DNA of 64,000 nucleotides from Chrysomallon squamiferum (GCA_012295275.1 CM022674.1:17174001-17238000); one strand, 5' to 3'; positions 16,936 to 30,907 are shown, counted from the first letter of the stretch. The notes: generated from the letters alone by a model not told the origin. Translations and numbers: made by a program.

Positions 16936-19340
16936 AACAGTTTAAAAAAAATGAAGTATGATATTAAGATATACGATAACGACAGACAAGGTTTTAAAAC
17001 GTTAGGAAAAAAATATAAAAATAAGTAAAAATGAGGTGCAAAATATCGCAATCGAAAGTTATCGTTCTTGTACAATGTTTTCCTATTTACACTGTTTTTT
17101 TTTGTCTCTGTACATCATCACTGGAAACAAAAGCAGGTCTCCTCAGCAGTCGTCTTTGTTTTAATGTATTCAAATTTGTTTGGGTCATCTCCCTAAAATT
17201 TATTTTATACTGACATTTGTCTGTTTCAAAGTTGTAAAATGGTTGCCCAGCCAAGTACTTCAGTTCAAGAGTATATTGCAGACTTTCCTAAAATAAACAC
17301 AATATGCTGTTTTATATAATATTATAGAACGTGTAATGTGATATATCATATGATATATGTTATAGGTAATGTAATTTCAGGTGTGTGTCATGACGTGTAG
17401 TTCTTTGACTATGTATGAATGAGATATGTGATTATTTTTATTTGATAAATACTAATATATTAGAAACACAATGTTATAGGTATTAACATGAACATTTTAA
17501 ACATCTCTTTCTTTCTGTCTTCTTACTTTTTTTAAATTGATGCTTTATAAATTTTCATTTCTTTAAATATTAGTTATCTTTGCTACCTATAATATTGGTT
17601 ATTGTAGATGTTTTATTATTTTGTTTTTTTAATTTTATTTTTGAAGTAAGGAAACAAATAAATAAATAAATAGAACAAATAAAAAATAAAATAAAACAAA
17701 TAAGATGTTTAAGAAGAAAGCAGTTCAACAATAAAATAAAATGAATATTCACTGGTTCATAAGGCAAACAATTTCCAGAGTCTGCCTCAAAATACCAACA
17801 CCACTGTGTGAGCTGTGTGAAGTTGTCTTCTTGTGCAGTGACATACGATGCTGTTGAGAGACGCTGAACTTTGACATCAACCACTCCCAGTTCCAAACAA
17901 ACTAAAACTCTCATTAAGTGAAAATCAACAACAGTTGGAATGAAGTTACTGGCAAATGCAATAGAGAAATTCTTTGAAAATGAAAAAAAATGTGTGTATA
18001 TCTGTCTATATATACGAGTGTAGATTATAGATATAGATGTAAATTTTAATTAGTGGCACAAAAAAGTAATAGTAGAATTGTAATACGATTAACCCATAAC
18101 ATGTTTTCATATTGTTGTGTAGTAGTAAGTAATAAAAATAGTAAAAGAGTATACGTAAAACAAGAGAGGAAATCTTCTGAGATGTCATAATGTACTATTA
18201 TTTTTCAAAATATTTTGAATACATACGTTTTCAAAAAGAGAAAAACTTAGGACATTGGTTAGATCAGGATCCAAGGAGGACTGAACTGGTGGCCAATACC
18301 TTCTCAAGGATGTACTCTGAAACAAAAGTAAAACTGCATTATCATATGTCACTGTTATTAAAACTTATACTTTACTTATTCCATGTTCATTTATCGCTTC
18401 TGGTTGTTTTTAATTCACCTCTATATTTCCTGTGTCTGACATCAGACTACAAAAGCTCTGCTCGATCATCTCATTCTCCACTATGTCAAAGTTGACCCAT
18501 TTGTCACAAATCTCCATCTGCCACTGGTAATGTAGATATCTTTGTGTGTGGGTATTTGAATGTATTACACAGTGACTCCATACACATTTCTCACAAAGCA
18601 GACCTTCTATTTCATTGCTGTAATTCATTATTTCAAGGCTGTCATTCACATCAAGTTGTTTCTGCTGTGAAAGTTGAGCTGGATGTGCTTTGACTTTGAC
18701 ATCAAGTTGTTTCTGCTGTGAAACTTGTACTGTATCTGCTTTGACTTTGACATCAAGTTGTTTCTGCTGAGAAACGTGTGCTGGATCTGCTTTCACTTTG
18801 ACATCAAGTTGTTTCTGCTGTGAAACTTAATGTGGATTTGCTTTGACTTTTACACGTAATTGTTCTTCCTGTGAAATTCGTGCTCTATCTCCTGTAACTT
18901 TCACGCCAAGTTTTTTCTTCTGTGCATCTTGTACTGGATAAGCTTTCCTCTTCATATCAAGTTGTTTCTGCTGTTTTTGAGACGGAACTCTATTAATTTT
19001 GACATCAAGCTGTTTTTGCCTTTATACCTGTTTTAGATCTCCTTTTACTTTCAACCCAAGTTGTTTCTCTTCTAAATCTTCTATTGTATCTGCTGCGACT
19101 TTCCTGTCAAATTGTTCCTGTTCTGGAAGATCATCTTGGTAATACCACCCACTCGTTTCGAAGACGGCAATATCATCAAATTTATCAAAGTGAGATATAC
19201 TTCTGAAATAAAATATAACAGTGAATCAGTGATTTCTCTTAAATCTTCCACATTTTCATCATTAAATATAACATTGACTGTTTTTCTATTTTTTAAATGC
19301 ATTTTATATTGAATTAACAAAACTTTGGTAAATTTGTATC
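15985..19340 (+). repeat. Direct segmental duplication of ~29960-33326
   Basis: Identical ORFs at 16613 and 30590; differences are mostly homopolymer and microsatellite lengths. Confidence 0.92.
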
Positions 19341-19398
19341 TATTTGTAAAATTCTATCCGCCAAGTATTCTACCTGTTTCTTGTACATGTTTAAATGC
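16580..19398 (-). pseudogene. WWE-WWE-PARP (PARP12/ZC3HAV1/TIPARP-like) multi-exon pseudogene fragment, copy 1
   Basis: Exons give HYQWQMEICDKWVNFDIVENEMIEQSF (WWE1), VQRLSTASYV...TQWCWYFEADSG.CLPY and INFREMTQTNLNTLKQRRLLRRPAFVS (WWE2), then LPDNW...KSLFRIQNLPMWERYC (start of the PARP domain). In-frame TAA stops at 16665-16667 and ~18828. No catalytic-core exons seen downstream. Confidence 0.8.
18640..19020 (-). repeat. 51-bp (17-aa, VSQQKQLDVKVKADxxx) coding repeat in the PARP-like exon; also at ~32630-33000
   Basis: tttgacatcaagttgtttctgctg recurs every 51 bp; four clear copies plus degenerate ones. Confidence 0.85.
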
Positions 19399-20654
19399 CT
19401 GAAAATAACATTATAAATATAAAATAGACAATCGATATTTAAAAAATAGTAAGTATAAAATAATCTTGCCACTTGCTTAAAAAAACAGAAAAATACAGAA
19501 ATACATAGGGTTAGTTACCATCAGCATAGAATTGTAGTCTTAGTTATTAAACGTTGCAGAAAACTGAATGTGACACGATTATATTGTTTATCGTTACACT
19601 GACTTATTACACTATTATCTGCAGTTAGACATTTTTTCTCACCTTTGTTTTTTAGAAACTGCTTATAAAATTGTCATTTTCGTTATCTTATGTCAATATG
19701 CATGTTTTAGCAATAGCTGATCATATATACAAAAGCACATACACACACTCACACTCACACAAACACACACACACGCACACACTTACTTTTTATACTGTAT
19801 GTCCTTCATATAGCTACAAACACTTTTAGAAATAACACTTGTAGGCTGTGAGTTTAAGTCGAAAATGGAAGCTTTTCTTTTGTCTGCCTGTTTATTAGAA
19901 TATGCCTCAAAATACTCATTAGTATTTTTGTGTCAGAGACTGTGACCTGAACAACATCCAGACAAACATAGACAATACATACATACATGTATATATAAAC
20001 AATAAAAAACCCCATAAAAACACATATATGCAGACATTTAATATAAGGAATTTTAATTTTACACTGTTTTAAAACATATTGTTTTATTCAATAATACTAA
20101 CAAATCACAGATTTTATTCATATTGTGTGCAGTGGATGATCTGCATATGGATCTGAGAAATAATTATTGTAAGTTGTGAAATTGAACAATTTAATCCTGA
20201 AGCAATCAGATTCCTTATGGAAAACGTCATAACACATGTTAATGCTGGCCAATCAGTAATTTAAAAATCTCCCAAATCTGTGAGATCCGAAGCAGCCTTC
20301 ATAACACTCGATGGACAATTTGAAGAAACTGAAGTCATGGACTACCTAGGAGTGCTTATAATTAGGAACTAAATGTTTGAAGTTTATGATTTGTTAATAT
20401 TTATAAAATAATAATTAAAATAACATTCATAATAACAAATGTTACGCCAGCGGACTTTTGACTTATGTGCTTATGACGTCCCACCCAAACACACACACAC
20501 AGCAACACATACACACACACACGCACACACACACACACACACTATAAGTGCCATCAATCTTATCTAGATTTTCTTATTAAGATAATTCAGCATACATTAA
20601 TCAAGCCAATATATGTCATTATTTTCCCTTGCAACTACTGAAAAACATTAAAGA

Positions 20655-20713
<59 letters not shown>

Positions 20714-20934
20714 TGAACAATAAGTATTAGAATAGTGAGAAATAACAACAACAGTAGTTTTAATAGTAGTAGTAATAATTATAGTAAAATAAATCAGAAA
20801 GATATAATAATAATGTTATATGTTGACTGTTCCATGAATAAAGTACAAAGTAACAGTACATATCACTTTAATAATTCTCTTTTGCTCATCATCAATAATA
20901 TAAACTTACTTGTTTTATTCTTATATCATTTCAG

Positions 20935-20967
20935 CAAAGACTGATGAACGAGCGTCCCATATGAAAG
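20935..20967 (+). CDS. 33-bp linker micro-exon of the STAND-ANK gene (copy B), (T)KTDERASHMK(E)
   Basis: tttcag|ca ... aaag|gtataa; phase 1-1, in frame with the 21250 exon; same exon in copy C at 58852-58884. Confidence 0.7.
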
Positions 20968-21249
20968 GTATAATCTTATTTTATTTCATTGTAGTAGTTT
21001 TTTTTTACTTCTGTAAGATGTTAATTTATAAGAACGTAATCATTGTTACTTTTACACCATCTAAAACTGTGATATCATGGTATTGTCATTAAATTCTGAT
21101 CAAGTAAATTATAGCAAATAACTGCTGCTTTATTTTAAAACTTCACATCTGATGACTAGTTAAAAATTATATTATCTGTATTTAAATAGTAAAATATATT
21201 TAAAAGGTGTTAATAATAGATATTATTTTGTTTTAATGTTGTGATTCAG

Positions 21250-24200
21250 AGTCTACCAGGTCACAGTTAAACTCAGTTGACTGGAGAGTCTATGTTGAAA
21301 CAAGAGCAGAAGAAAGAGGTGTAACACTTTTGAAAAAGAATGGTGTTGTGATTGTAGTAGGATGTCCAGGTTCAGGAAAGACAACTCTAGGTCTGAACAT
21401 GATTAAACAGATAGAGAAAGAAGAAAAAATAGACTCTTACATCATGACTCATCACTCTGATTTCAAATGCATTCCTGTGTCTAAAGTTAAACCATGTATT
21501 GTTCTCATTGATGACATATTTGGTAAAACTAATCTTGTATTAGATTTTGTGTCGTGCTGGAAACAGCTATTTCCAGAGGTGCGGAGTCTTGTTAAAGATA
21601 AGCGTGTGAGATGTATTATTACTTTAAGAAAACAAATATTTAGAGAAGTTATAGCCAATTTGAAGGAATTTGATCTTTTCAATGAAAATAATCTTCTTGA
21701 CCTGCAGAACGATAAATGTTGTCTGAATTATGATGAGAAGTCGAAAATTCTAAACAAGTATCTGAAACAAAAGAATGTTACAATGAATGAATGGGATAAA
21801 GGGACAGTGATTTCCTGTTCATGTACAGAGTTAGGATTTCCTCAGGTGTGTGTGTATTATGTTAATTCAAGTGATGCACAGAATAGAGGAGTTACGTTTT
21901 TTAAGAATCCTGTAGAATATCTCACACAACAACTGGAAGATTTGAAAAATGATAAATTACCTGGTTCACAGATAAAGTACCTGGTTCTACTGCTGATGTT
22001 GTTCCAGCAAGGCAGTTTCAGCATTGATTTACTGGACCCATTTGAAAATAACTCTGACAGTCACATAATGAAATTAGTAAGACTGCTAGAGCAAGTCTGT
22101 CTGAGTCTGAAAAACACTGGTCTCACAGATATAAAGAAAACAGCTGATGAAATGTGTGGTACCTATCTGAAGTGTTCTGACAATAAATACACATTTATTC
22201 ACCAGTCAGTGTTTGACTCATTGTTTCTGACGTTTTCATCACAGTTTCCAAAGAAAGCAGCAGAGTTGCTAGAAATATGTCCTGTCTCCATGTTGTTAGA
22301 ATATGTTGTGACGCCTGGAGTGTCTAACAAAAGTCACATTACAATGACTGTGAAATCTAACAGCTTTGATGTTCTTGCTCGGAGATTTACTGACTTGTTG
22401 GCATCAAGCAATGCCGAATACATTATTTCACATCCGTCATTGAAAGATGAAGAGTTTGTGAAGTATCTCACAGAGAAAAAATACTTTAATGATAAATTGT
22501 CTGAAATACTGCATCAACAACTACATAAAGATCAACATAAACATTTGTGTATATCATCTGTAAACGTAGACAATCTTGATGAAATATTTAGCTATATTTC
22601 ATGTCTTCTTCATGATTATTCAAAATGTTCTATTTACATGTATCTGGATACTAAAAAACATTTTGTATTTTCATCATCTGTTCAAAGTGAGTGTATTGTC
22701 AAGGGATTAAGAACATTGTCAATTTTTTTCTCTGAATATCTGTGTAAAATGAAATTAACAAATCTGAAAAAAGAACTTTTGAGTATTTCTTGTTTGTTTG
22801 GTGATGAAGATGTTGTGAAAAAGTTGCTAAAATCAGGTGTTATTCCATCATTTGATACACTGACTGCAGCTGCTTGTTCCAAAACCGACAATACTACCAT
22901 ACTCAAAGAATTGTTACAGTGTGAAACAGAGATGAGATCGCATGACTATTCAGATCTCTTATTTGCTTCTATTTGTTCAGGGAATATGAAGATTGCATGT
23001 CTATTAGCTGGAAAGATACAAAATGAGAAACACAACAGTGAAATCAAGGAAAAAGCCATTAAACTGTTATTGGTTAGGTTCCATAGACAAGTAAGACTTG
23101 ATTCAAGAAAATGGCATTTTGGAAAGTCGAAGACTTCTGAAGTTGTTGATGTAAGCCATCTTTTTAAAAAACTGGTTACCATTGATATAATAAACAAAAT
23201 TAAACACATTGCTATTGTTGCTGCTTGTCAGAGTAATTCTCGTGTTATAAAAGAAATAGTAAAACTGAAACCTGATTGTTTAAATGATGAGAACAGAGAT
23301 AAAGTACTTTTAGCAGCAGCAGTATGGGGAGCCACTGACACAGTGAATTTTCTCATTGAGCAGAGATGTAATGATGGAGATGAGACCTGGAAGAAAAGTC
23401 AATTACTGAAAGTGGCAGTGATGTTTAACAGTGCAGATATTGTTCAGTGTCTTCTTGAAAAAGGAGCTGATCCAAATGTTAATGTAGCTGTTAATCAGAT
23501 ATGGATTCAGTTGTTTAAAGAAGAAATGGAATTTGAACTGTTGTTTGGTGTCAAAATTAATTTCGACATGTTGCCTTCATATACACCCCTCCATCTTTCA
23601 GTTCTCCGTGGTGACTTAGATATGATAAAATCACTAATAAAGAAAAATGCTGATGTTAATGCAGTAAACACTGAGGGAAAAATTCCACTTCATGAAGCTG
23701 TAAATGCAGTGACACACAGGAGGGAAGTAGCTTTGTTGTTACTGAAAAATGGTGCTCATACCGATATAAGAGATTACAACAAGAATTCAGCATTGCACAT
23801 AGCCTCTGAAATTGACATAGATGTTGTCAAAGAAGTAACAAAAAAGGGTGCTGAAATAAATGCAATTAACAGTGAACATAAAACTCCTCTTCATGTATCC
23901 TTGATATGTCACAGACCAGAAATAGCTTTATATTTACTAAACCAAGGAGCTGATCCTCATTTAACAGACAGTGATAACAATTCTGTTTTACACTTAGCAG
24001 CTAAACATGGAAATGAAGAAATTGTGACAGCACTGATTGAAAAAGGTGTTGATGTAAATGTAAAAAACAGGAAAGGTGAAAATCCTCTTTTTACAGCTCT
24101 GAATTATGACAAATTAGATTATTTAGATCTAGCGATGTCTTCTGTTAAGACAAAAATAGCTTTGGTTTTACTTGATCATGGAGCTGACGGTAATCTGAAA

Positions 24201-27200
24201 AATGACAATTCTATTTTACACTTAGCAGCTAAATGTGGAAATGCAGAAATTGTGACAGCACTGATTGAAAAAGGTGTTGACGTTAATGTTAAGAACAGTC
24301 AAGGTAAAACTCCTCTTTTTACAGCTGTTGTGTTTCAGCATCACAAAATAGTTTTGTATTTACTAAAACAAGGAGCTGATCCTCATTTAAGAGACAATGA
24401 TAACAATTCTGTTTTACACTTAGCAACCAAATGTGGAAATGCAGAAATTGTGATATCACTGATTGAAAAAGGTGTTGATGTTAATGTTAAGAACTGTCAA
24501 GGTGAAACTCCTCTTTTTACAGCTTTTAAGTTGAAGAAATACAAAATATGTTTGGATTTATTAAAACAAGGAGCTGATCCTAATTTAACAGACAATGATC
24601 ACAATACTGTTTTACACTTGGCAGCTGAATATGGAAGTCTAGAAATTGTGACAGCACTGATTGAAAAAGGTGTTGATGTAAATATTAAGAACAGTGAAGG
24701 TGAAACTGCTCTTACTAAATTTCTGAAATTCAACACATTTTATTATCTTGAATATCCAACTATGTCCTTTGATGAGACAAACGTAGCTTTGGTTTTACTA
24801 AAACATGGAGCTGATCCTAATATAATAGATAATGAGAACAATTCAGTTTTAGACTTAGCAGCTAAAAGTGGAAACAAAGAAATTGTGACAGCACTGATTG
24901 AAAAAGGTGCTGATGTAAATGTTAAGAACAGAAAAGGTGAAACTCCTCTTTTTACAGCTTTTAAGTTGAAGAAATACAAAATATGTTTGGATTTATTAAA
25001 ACAAGGAGCTGATCCTAATTTAACAGACAATGATCACAATACTGTTTTACACTTGGCAGCTGAATATGGAAGTCTAGAAATTGTGACAGCACTGATTGAA
25101 AAAGGTGTTGATGTAAATGTTAAGAACAGAACAGGTGAAACTCCTCTTTTTACAGCTGTTGTGTTTCAGCATCACAAAATAGTTTTGTATTTACTACAAC
25201 AAGGAGCTGATCCTCATTTAAGAGACAATGATAACAATTCTGTTTTACACTTAGCAACCAAATGTCGAAATGCAGAAATTGTGAAAGCACTGATTGAAAA
25301 AGGTGTTGATGTAAATGTCAAGAACAGAGAAGGTGAAACTCCTCTTGTTACATTTCTGAAATACTACCGTTTAAATGTTTCTCGTTACAATCTACATGTG
25401 TCCTCTTATATACCAAAACTAGCTTTGTTTTTACTGGATCATGGAGCTGATCCTAATTTAACAGACAATGATAACAATACTGTTTTACACTTGGCAGCTA
25501 AATATGGAAGTCTAGAAATTGTGAAAGCACTGATTGAAAAAGGTGTTGATGTAAATGTTAAGAACAGAGAAGGTGAAACTCTCCTGTTTACATATCTGAA
25601 ATACTACTATTTAGGTGATTGTCTTGACGATCTAGATGAGTCCTCTTATATACCAAAACTAGTTTTCGTTTTACTGGAACATGGAGCTGATCCTAATTTA
25701 ACAGACAATGATAACAATACTGTTTTACACTTTGCAGCTAAATGTGGAAATGCAGAAATTGTGACAGCACTGATTGAAAAAGGTGTTGATGTAAATGTTC
25801 AGAACAGAAAAGGTGAAACTGCTCTTTTTACAGCTTTTAAGTTGAAGAAATACAAAATATGTTTGGATTTATTAAAACAAGGAGCTGATCCTAATTTAAC
25901 AGACAATCATAACAATTCTGTTTTATACTTGGCAGCTAAATGTGGAAATGCAGAAATTGTGACAGCACTGATTGAAAAAGGTGTTGATGTAAATGTTAAG
26001 AACAGAAAAGGTGAAACTCCTCTGTTTACATTTCTGAAATACTACTGTTTAAATGTTTCTCGTTACGATCTATATGTGTCCCCTTATACACCAAAACTAG
26101 CTTTGTTTTTACTGGATCATGGAGCTGATCCTAATTTAACAGACAATGATAACAATACTGTTTTACACTTGGCAGCTAAATATGGAAGTCTAGAAATTGT
26201 GAAAGCACTGATTGAAAAAGGTGTTGATGTAAATGTTAAGAACAGAGAAGGTGAAACTCCTCTTTGTACCTTTCTGAAAGATTACTGTATAAGTGTTTGT
26301 TGTTACGATCTAGATGTGTCCTCTAATATACCAAAACTAGATTTGTTTTTACTGGAACATGGAGCTGATCCTAATTTAACAGACAATGATAACAATTCTG
26401 TTTTACACTTGGCAGCTGAAAGTGGAAATGCAGAAATTGTGACAGCACTGATTGAAAAAGGTGTTGATGTAAATGTTCAGAACAGAAAAGGTGAAACTCC
26501 TCTTTTTACAGCTTTTAAGTTGAAGAAATACAAAATAGGTTTGGATTTATTAAAACAAGGAGCTGATCCTAATTTAACAGACATTGATAACAATACTGTT
26601 TTACACTTGGCAGCTCAATCTGGAAATCTTGAAATATTGATAGCACTGATTGAAAAAGGTGTTGACGTTAATGTTAAGAACAGTCAAGGTGAAACTCCTC
26701 TTTTTACAGCTGTTGTGTTTCAGCATCACAAAATAGTTTTGTATTTACTAAAACAAGGAGCTGATCCTCATTTAAGAGACAATGATAACAATTCTGTTTT
26801 ACACTTGGCAGCTCAATCTGGAAATCTTGAAATATTGATAGCACTGATTGAAAAAGGTGTTGACGTTAATGTTAAGAACAGTCAAGGTGAAACTCCTCTT
26901 TTTACAGCTGTTGTGTTTCAGCATCACAAAATAGTTTTGTATTTACTAAAACAAGGAGCTGATCCTCATTTAAGAGACAATGATAACAATTCTGTTTTAC
27001 ACTTAGCAACCAAATGTCGAAATGCAGAAATTGTGAAAGCACTGATTGAAAAAGGTGTTGATGTAAATGTTAAGAACAGAGAAGGTGAAACTCCTCTTGT
27101 TACATTTCTGAAATACTACTGTTTAAATGTTTCTCGTTATGAGGTATATGTGTCCTCCTCTATACAAAAACTAGTTTTGGTTTTACTGGAACATGGAGCT

Positions 27201-27620
27201 GATCCTAATTTAACAGACAATGATAACAATACTGTTTTACACTTGGCAGCTAAATGTGGAAATGCAGAAATTGTGACAGCACTGATTGAAAAAGGTGCTT
27301 ATGTAAATGTTCAGAACAGAAAAGGTGAAACTCCTCTTTTTACAGCTTTTAAGTTTCAGAAATACAAAATAGGTTTGGATTTATTAAAACAAGGAGCTGA
27401 TCCTAATTTAACAGACAATGATCACAATACTGTTTTACACTTGGCAGCTAAATGTGGAAATGCAGAAATTGTGACAGCACTGATTGAAAAAGGTGTTGAT
27501 GTAAATGTTAAAAATGGTCAAGGTGAGACTCCTCTTGACAAAGCTAAGAGTAACCGAAGGGAAATTGTTTCCTATTTATTGGAGCATGGTGGTAAATGTA
27601 GTAACATAAATACATTTTGA
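21250..27620 (+). CDS. Giant terminal exon of NLR-like STAND NTPase (nSTAND3-type)-ankyrin repeat protein, copy B
   Basis: Uninterrupted 2096-aa ORF, extendable upstream to acceptor ttcag|ag at 21250 (ESTRSQLNSVDWRVYVETRAEERG...). Walker A GCPGSGKT at 21360-21383, Walker B IVLIDDIFG, sensor-like IITLR. The YVET...GxPGSGKT...hhhhDDhFG pattern is typical of nSTAND3. About 17 di-ankyrin modules follow (HLAAxxG.EIVTALIEKGVDVN / GETPLFT..LLxxGADPN). Confidence 0.93.
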
Positions 27621-29440
27621 TGTGTAACTGAAAGTTTCAGTTTAGTACATTACGTACACAGGCTATCACTTTAAATGGAAGATCAGCTAGTGAAAAGATT
27701 TTGAAGTTGTGCAGAAATTATACTTTTGTATAAAACTGATGTTCATAACAAACACAATACTCTAAATTTTGTTTGTAAATTCTATGGTACAAAGTCTTAA
27801 TGTTATCCTTCATCCTGAAATACAGTGATTTCTGATGTAGTTTCAGTTTGAGCTGCTTCATTTATGCACATTTTTGGTGTAATGTTGTGTATGTATTTAG
27901 CTGTGATAAATACTGTGTACAGCTTTAATTTTTCAATTCAAAAGTATAATTATTGATACATAGCCAGACCTCATTTTCAAAATAAGATCTGTGAGTAATT
28001 CATTGTCATGCAGAATTAAATACAGTGTAAATTTGTGTAAGTATATTGCTGTGTAGTCTGGTGTATATCTAGATACTGTAAATTGTTTCTATTCAGATAT
28101 TCCATTACTGTACTGTGCACTCTGCTGTTTCTGTTCAAATATTGTATTCATATATTGTATAGTTTGTGTTTCTATACAAATACTGTTACCATATTTTATA
28201 GCTGGTGCATCTTCCAACATTTTTTATTATCTTTTGTATTGAACATAACAAGAACTATTATAATACCTGTGGCTTTATGAAAATTTCACTTCATTTTTAA
28301 TTTTAGTGAAAAAAAAATGTTAAGAAATATTTTGTTGGCCAGCAATAATAAAACAACAGTAATACTGATTTCAATTTTGATCAGGTTATTCAGAAAGTGA
28401 AAAGTCAGTCAGTTTTTAAATCACATTTGTTATATTATTGATGATGATTTGCTATTAGACTTTTTATGTGTGAAAATATATGTTAAATAGGATGTTATAA
28501 TTAATGTTGTTTTTTAAAGTAGAGTGCAGAATATTTAATGTATATTTTTTAAGTTACAAAATTATTTTGCATTACTAAATATTTTACTATATTTAAATTA
28601 AGAAAAGTAGTATAGTGTAAAAAGAAAAAGTAATGTTGTGTAAAAGTGTTTTTGTTTTTTGGTTTCTTCTTTACACTATAGTTCTATAATACTAAATCCA
28701 AATTTTAATATATTTGTACTAAGTAAACTTCAATTTTCATTTGGAGTTTATGTACATTTTTTTTTACAAAATGTTTATTCATGTTTTAATATATAAATTT
28801 ATATGGTAAAATAAAATGTAATTCAAATTTTTTCTCTTATTAATTAGAAGATAAATTCATATAATGTTTACATTTCAAATAAATTATCAGAAAATACTAA
28901 CAAAATTGATAAAGCAAATGTAAATTTTCATTCATCTGATAGTTTTTATATATAGCTTTAATAATTACAAAATAATGAATAATAAAATAAATGTAAGTTT
29001 TAAGTAGGAATATTTATTTAATAATTGTGAAATAGGGAATAATTAATAAAATAAATGTGATTTTCAATTCGAAACATTTTTGGCTGACACTGAACTATCA
29101 GTGTAGATTTAAACTGATTTAATTTCAGATAAAATTTTAATACTATCTCTATTTTCTTTGTCAATAAGTTGTATCAAACAAGATTTTGTTTTTATTTTAT
29201 TTATTTATTTATTTTTGGTGATTAGTTATTTTTATTAAAAACAATTTTGAGGAATATATTGGACTTACACTGAGTGATTGTTTTGTATAAATATCTTGTA
29301 TTTATTTTACCTGTCTTGATGATTGTTTCCTTCCAGAAATTATTTTCTATTAATATAAGGATTTAATTTTATTGTGTTTGTTGCCATTATTATTTTTATT
29401 ATTATTATTATTATTATTATTACTTTTATTATTCTTATTC

Positions 29441-29480
<40 letters not shown>

Positions 29481-30302
29481 AGCTTTATAATGATTTACTT
29501 TTAATTTACTTGTTTGTTTTTCAGTGATGCAAAACAGAAAGTATTTTCTAATGTGCTAACCTTTGCTGCTTATGTCACTATTACATAAACTGTATGCAAT
29601 GTGTCAGTTTATGTATTGTTTTTTTAATACACTGATACAATTTATTTTGTTTGGGATATATGTATTGTTTATAATACTTGGCTATTGTTTTCAGTTAATA
29701 TTTTTCATACATTTATTTTATCTTCATACACTGAATAAGAAGAGAAAGACTTTTTTCTTTTTTCAAAAGAAATATATTTATATATTTATTTGTTTATTTA
29801 TATTATTATCATTATTATTAATTGGGAATATGTTTATTTATTCTTACTTCTATGTATTTAATCATTAGAATATGCTGATTCAGTTTGAATAGCAAATACT
29901 TGTATATGTTTTTAATTACACTGATTCTTTTTTTCTTATTTAATTTGCATGATAGAATGTTTTTACTATTTTTATTTTGTGAATCAACTAACTTTAGTTC
30001 AATCTTCAGTTTACATTTTTTCTATCAATTAACTGTTTCTTTAATTAATAGATGAAAATGAACAAATGGTGTTTGTCTATCACTTGTTACACATCCCATT
30101 TGTTGCATACCTAGTAGTAACAGCTGAAGTGTAATTAAGTCATTTCCAGTAATATTAGTGTAATAGTTACAGTGCTTTTCATTTTATTAATACAAAAATA
30201 CAACTTTATATATAGTAATAATAATAATAGAAAGAAAGAAAGAAAAAAGCTTAGGAAAATATCTTCTAGTACACAAAAGTAAAGATCCTAATTTTCATAT
30301 AG

Positions 30303-30348
<46 letters not shown>

Positions 30349-30556
30349 ATCTGTTATATCTGGTATATCTGTTCTTGTTTTTAATAATTTGAGGCACTAT
30401 AAATCATAGATAAATTATTTTTGAACTAAGATTGGATAAAACAAAATATGTTGATGATGATGATAAATAAATAAATAAAACATATCTTGAAGTATACATA
30501 ATGTATTTAGGCTATTTAATTGTATGTAAACAGCGTCATAAATTGTGGACTCTTAC

Positions 30557-30826
30557 CTACAGTACCTTTCCCACATGGGTAGATTCTGAATGCGAAACAA
30601 AGATTTCAATTTGACTTCCGATTTGTTCATGGTAGAGAAAATTATTTTATCACAGTTTTCACCTCCTCGTCTTCGGTCAAGTCATCAAGTTTTAGTTTCA
30701 CCAGTTCTACTGGTTGGTAACAGTCTAGAGGGAACCAGTTGTCTGGGAGAGTTGGTGAACGTGGAAACTTCTTGAACGAAAGACATCGATGAACTCTGCA
30801 TTTTATTATATAATAAAAATAAAAAT

Positions 30827-30907
<81 letters not shown>

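Noticed and set aside
21452-25030. Antisense ORFs inside the giant exon (and 55958-58364, 61639-61996)
   Set aside because: Shadow frames of the real coding sequence or of the 30-bp repeat.
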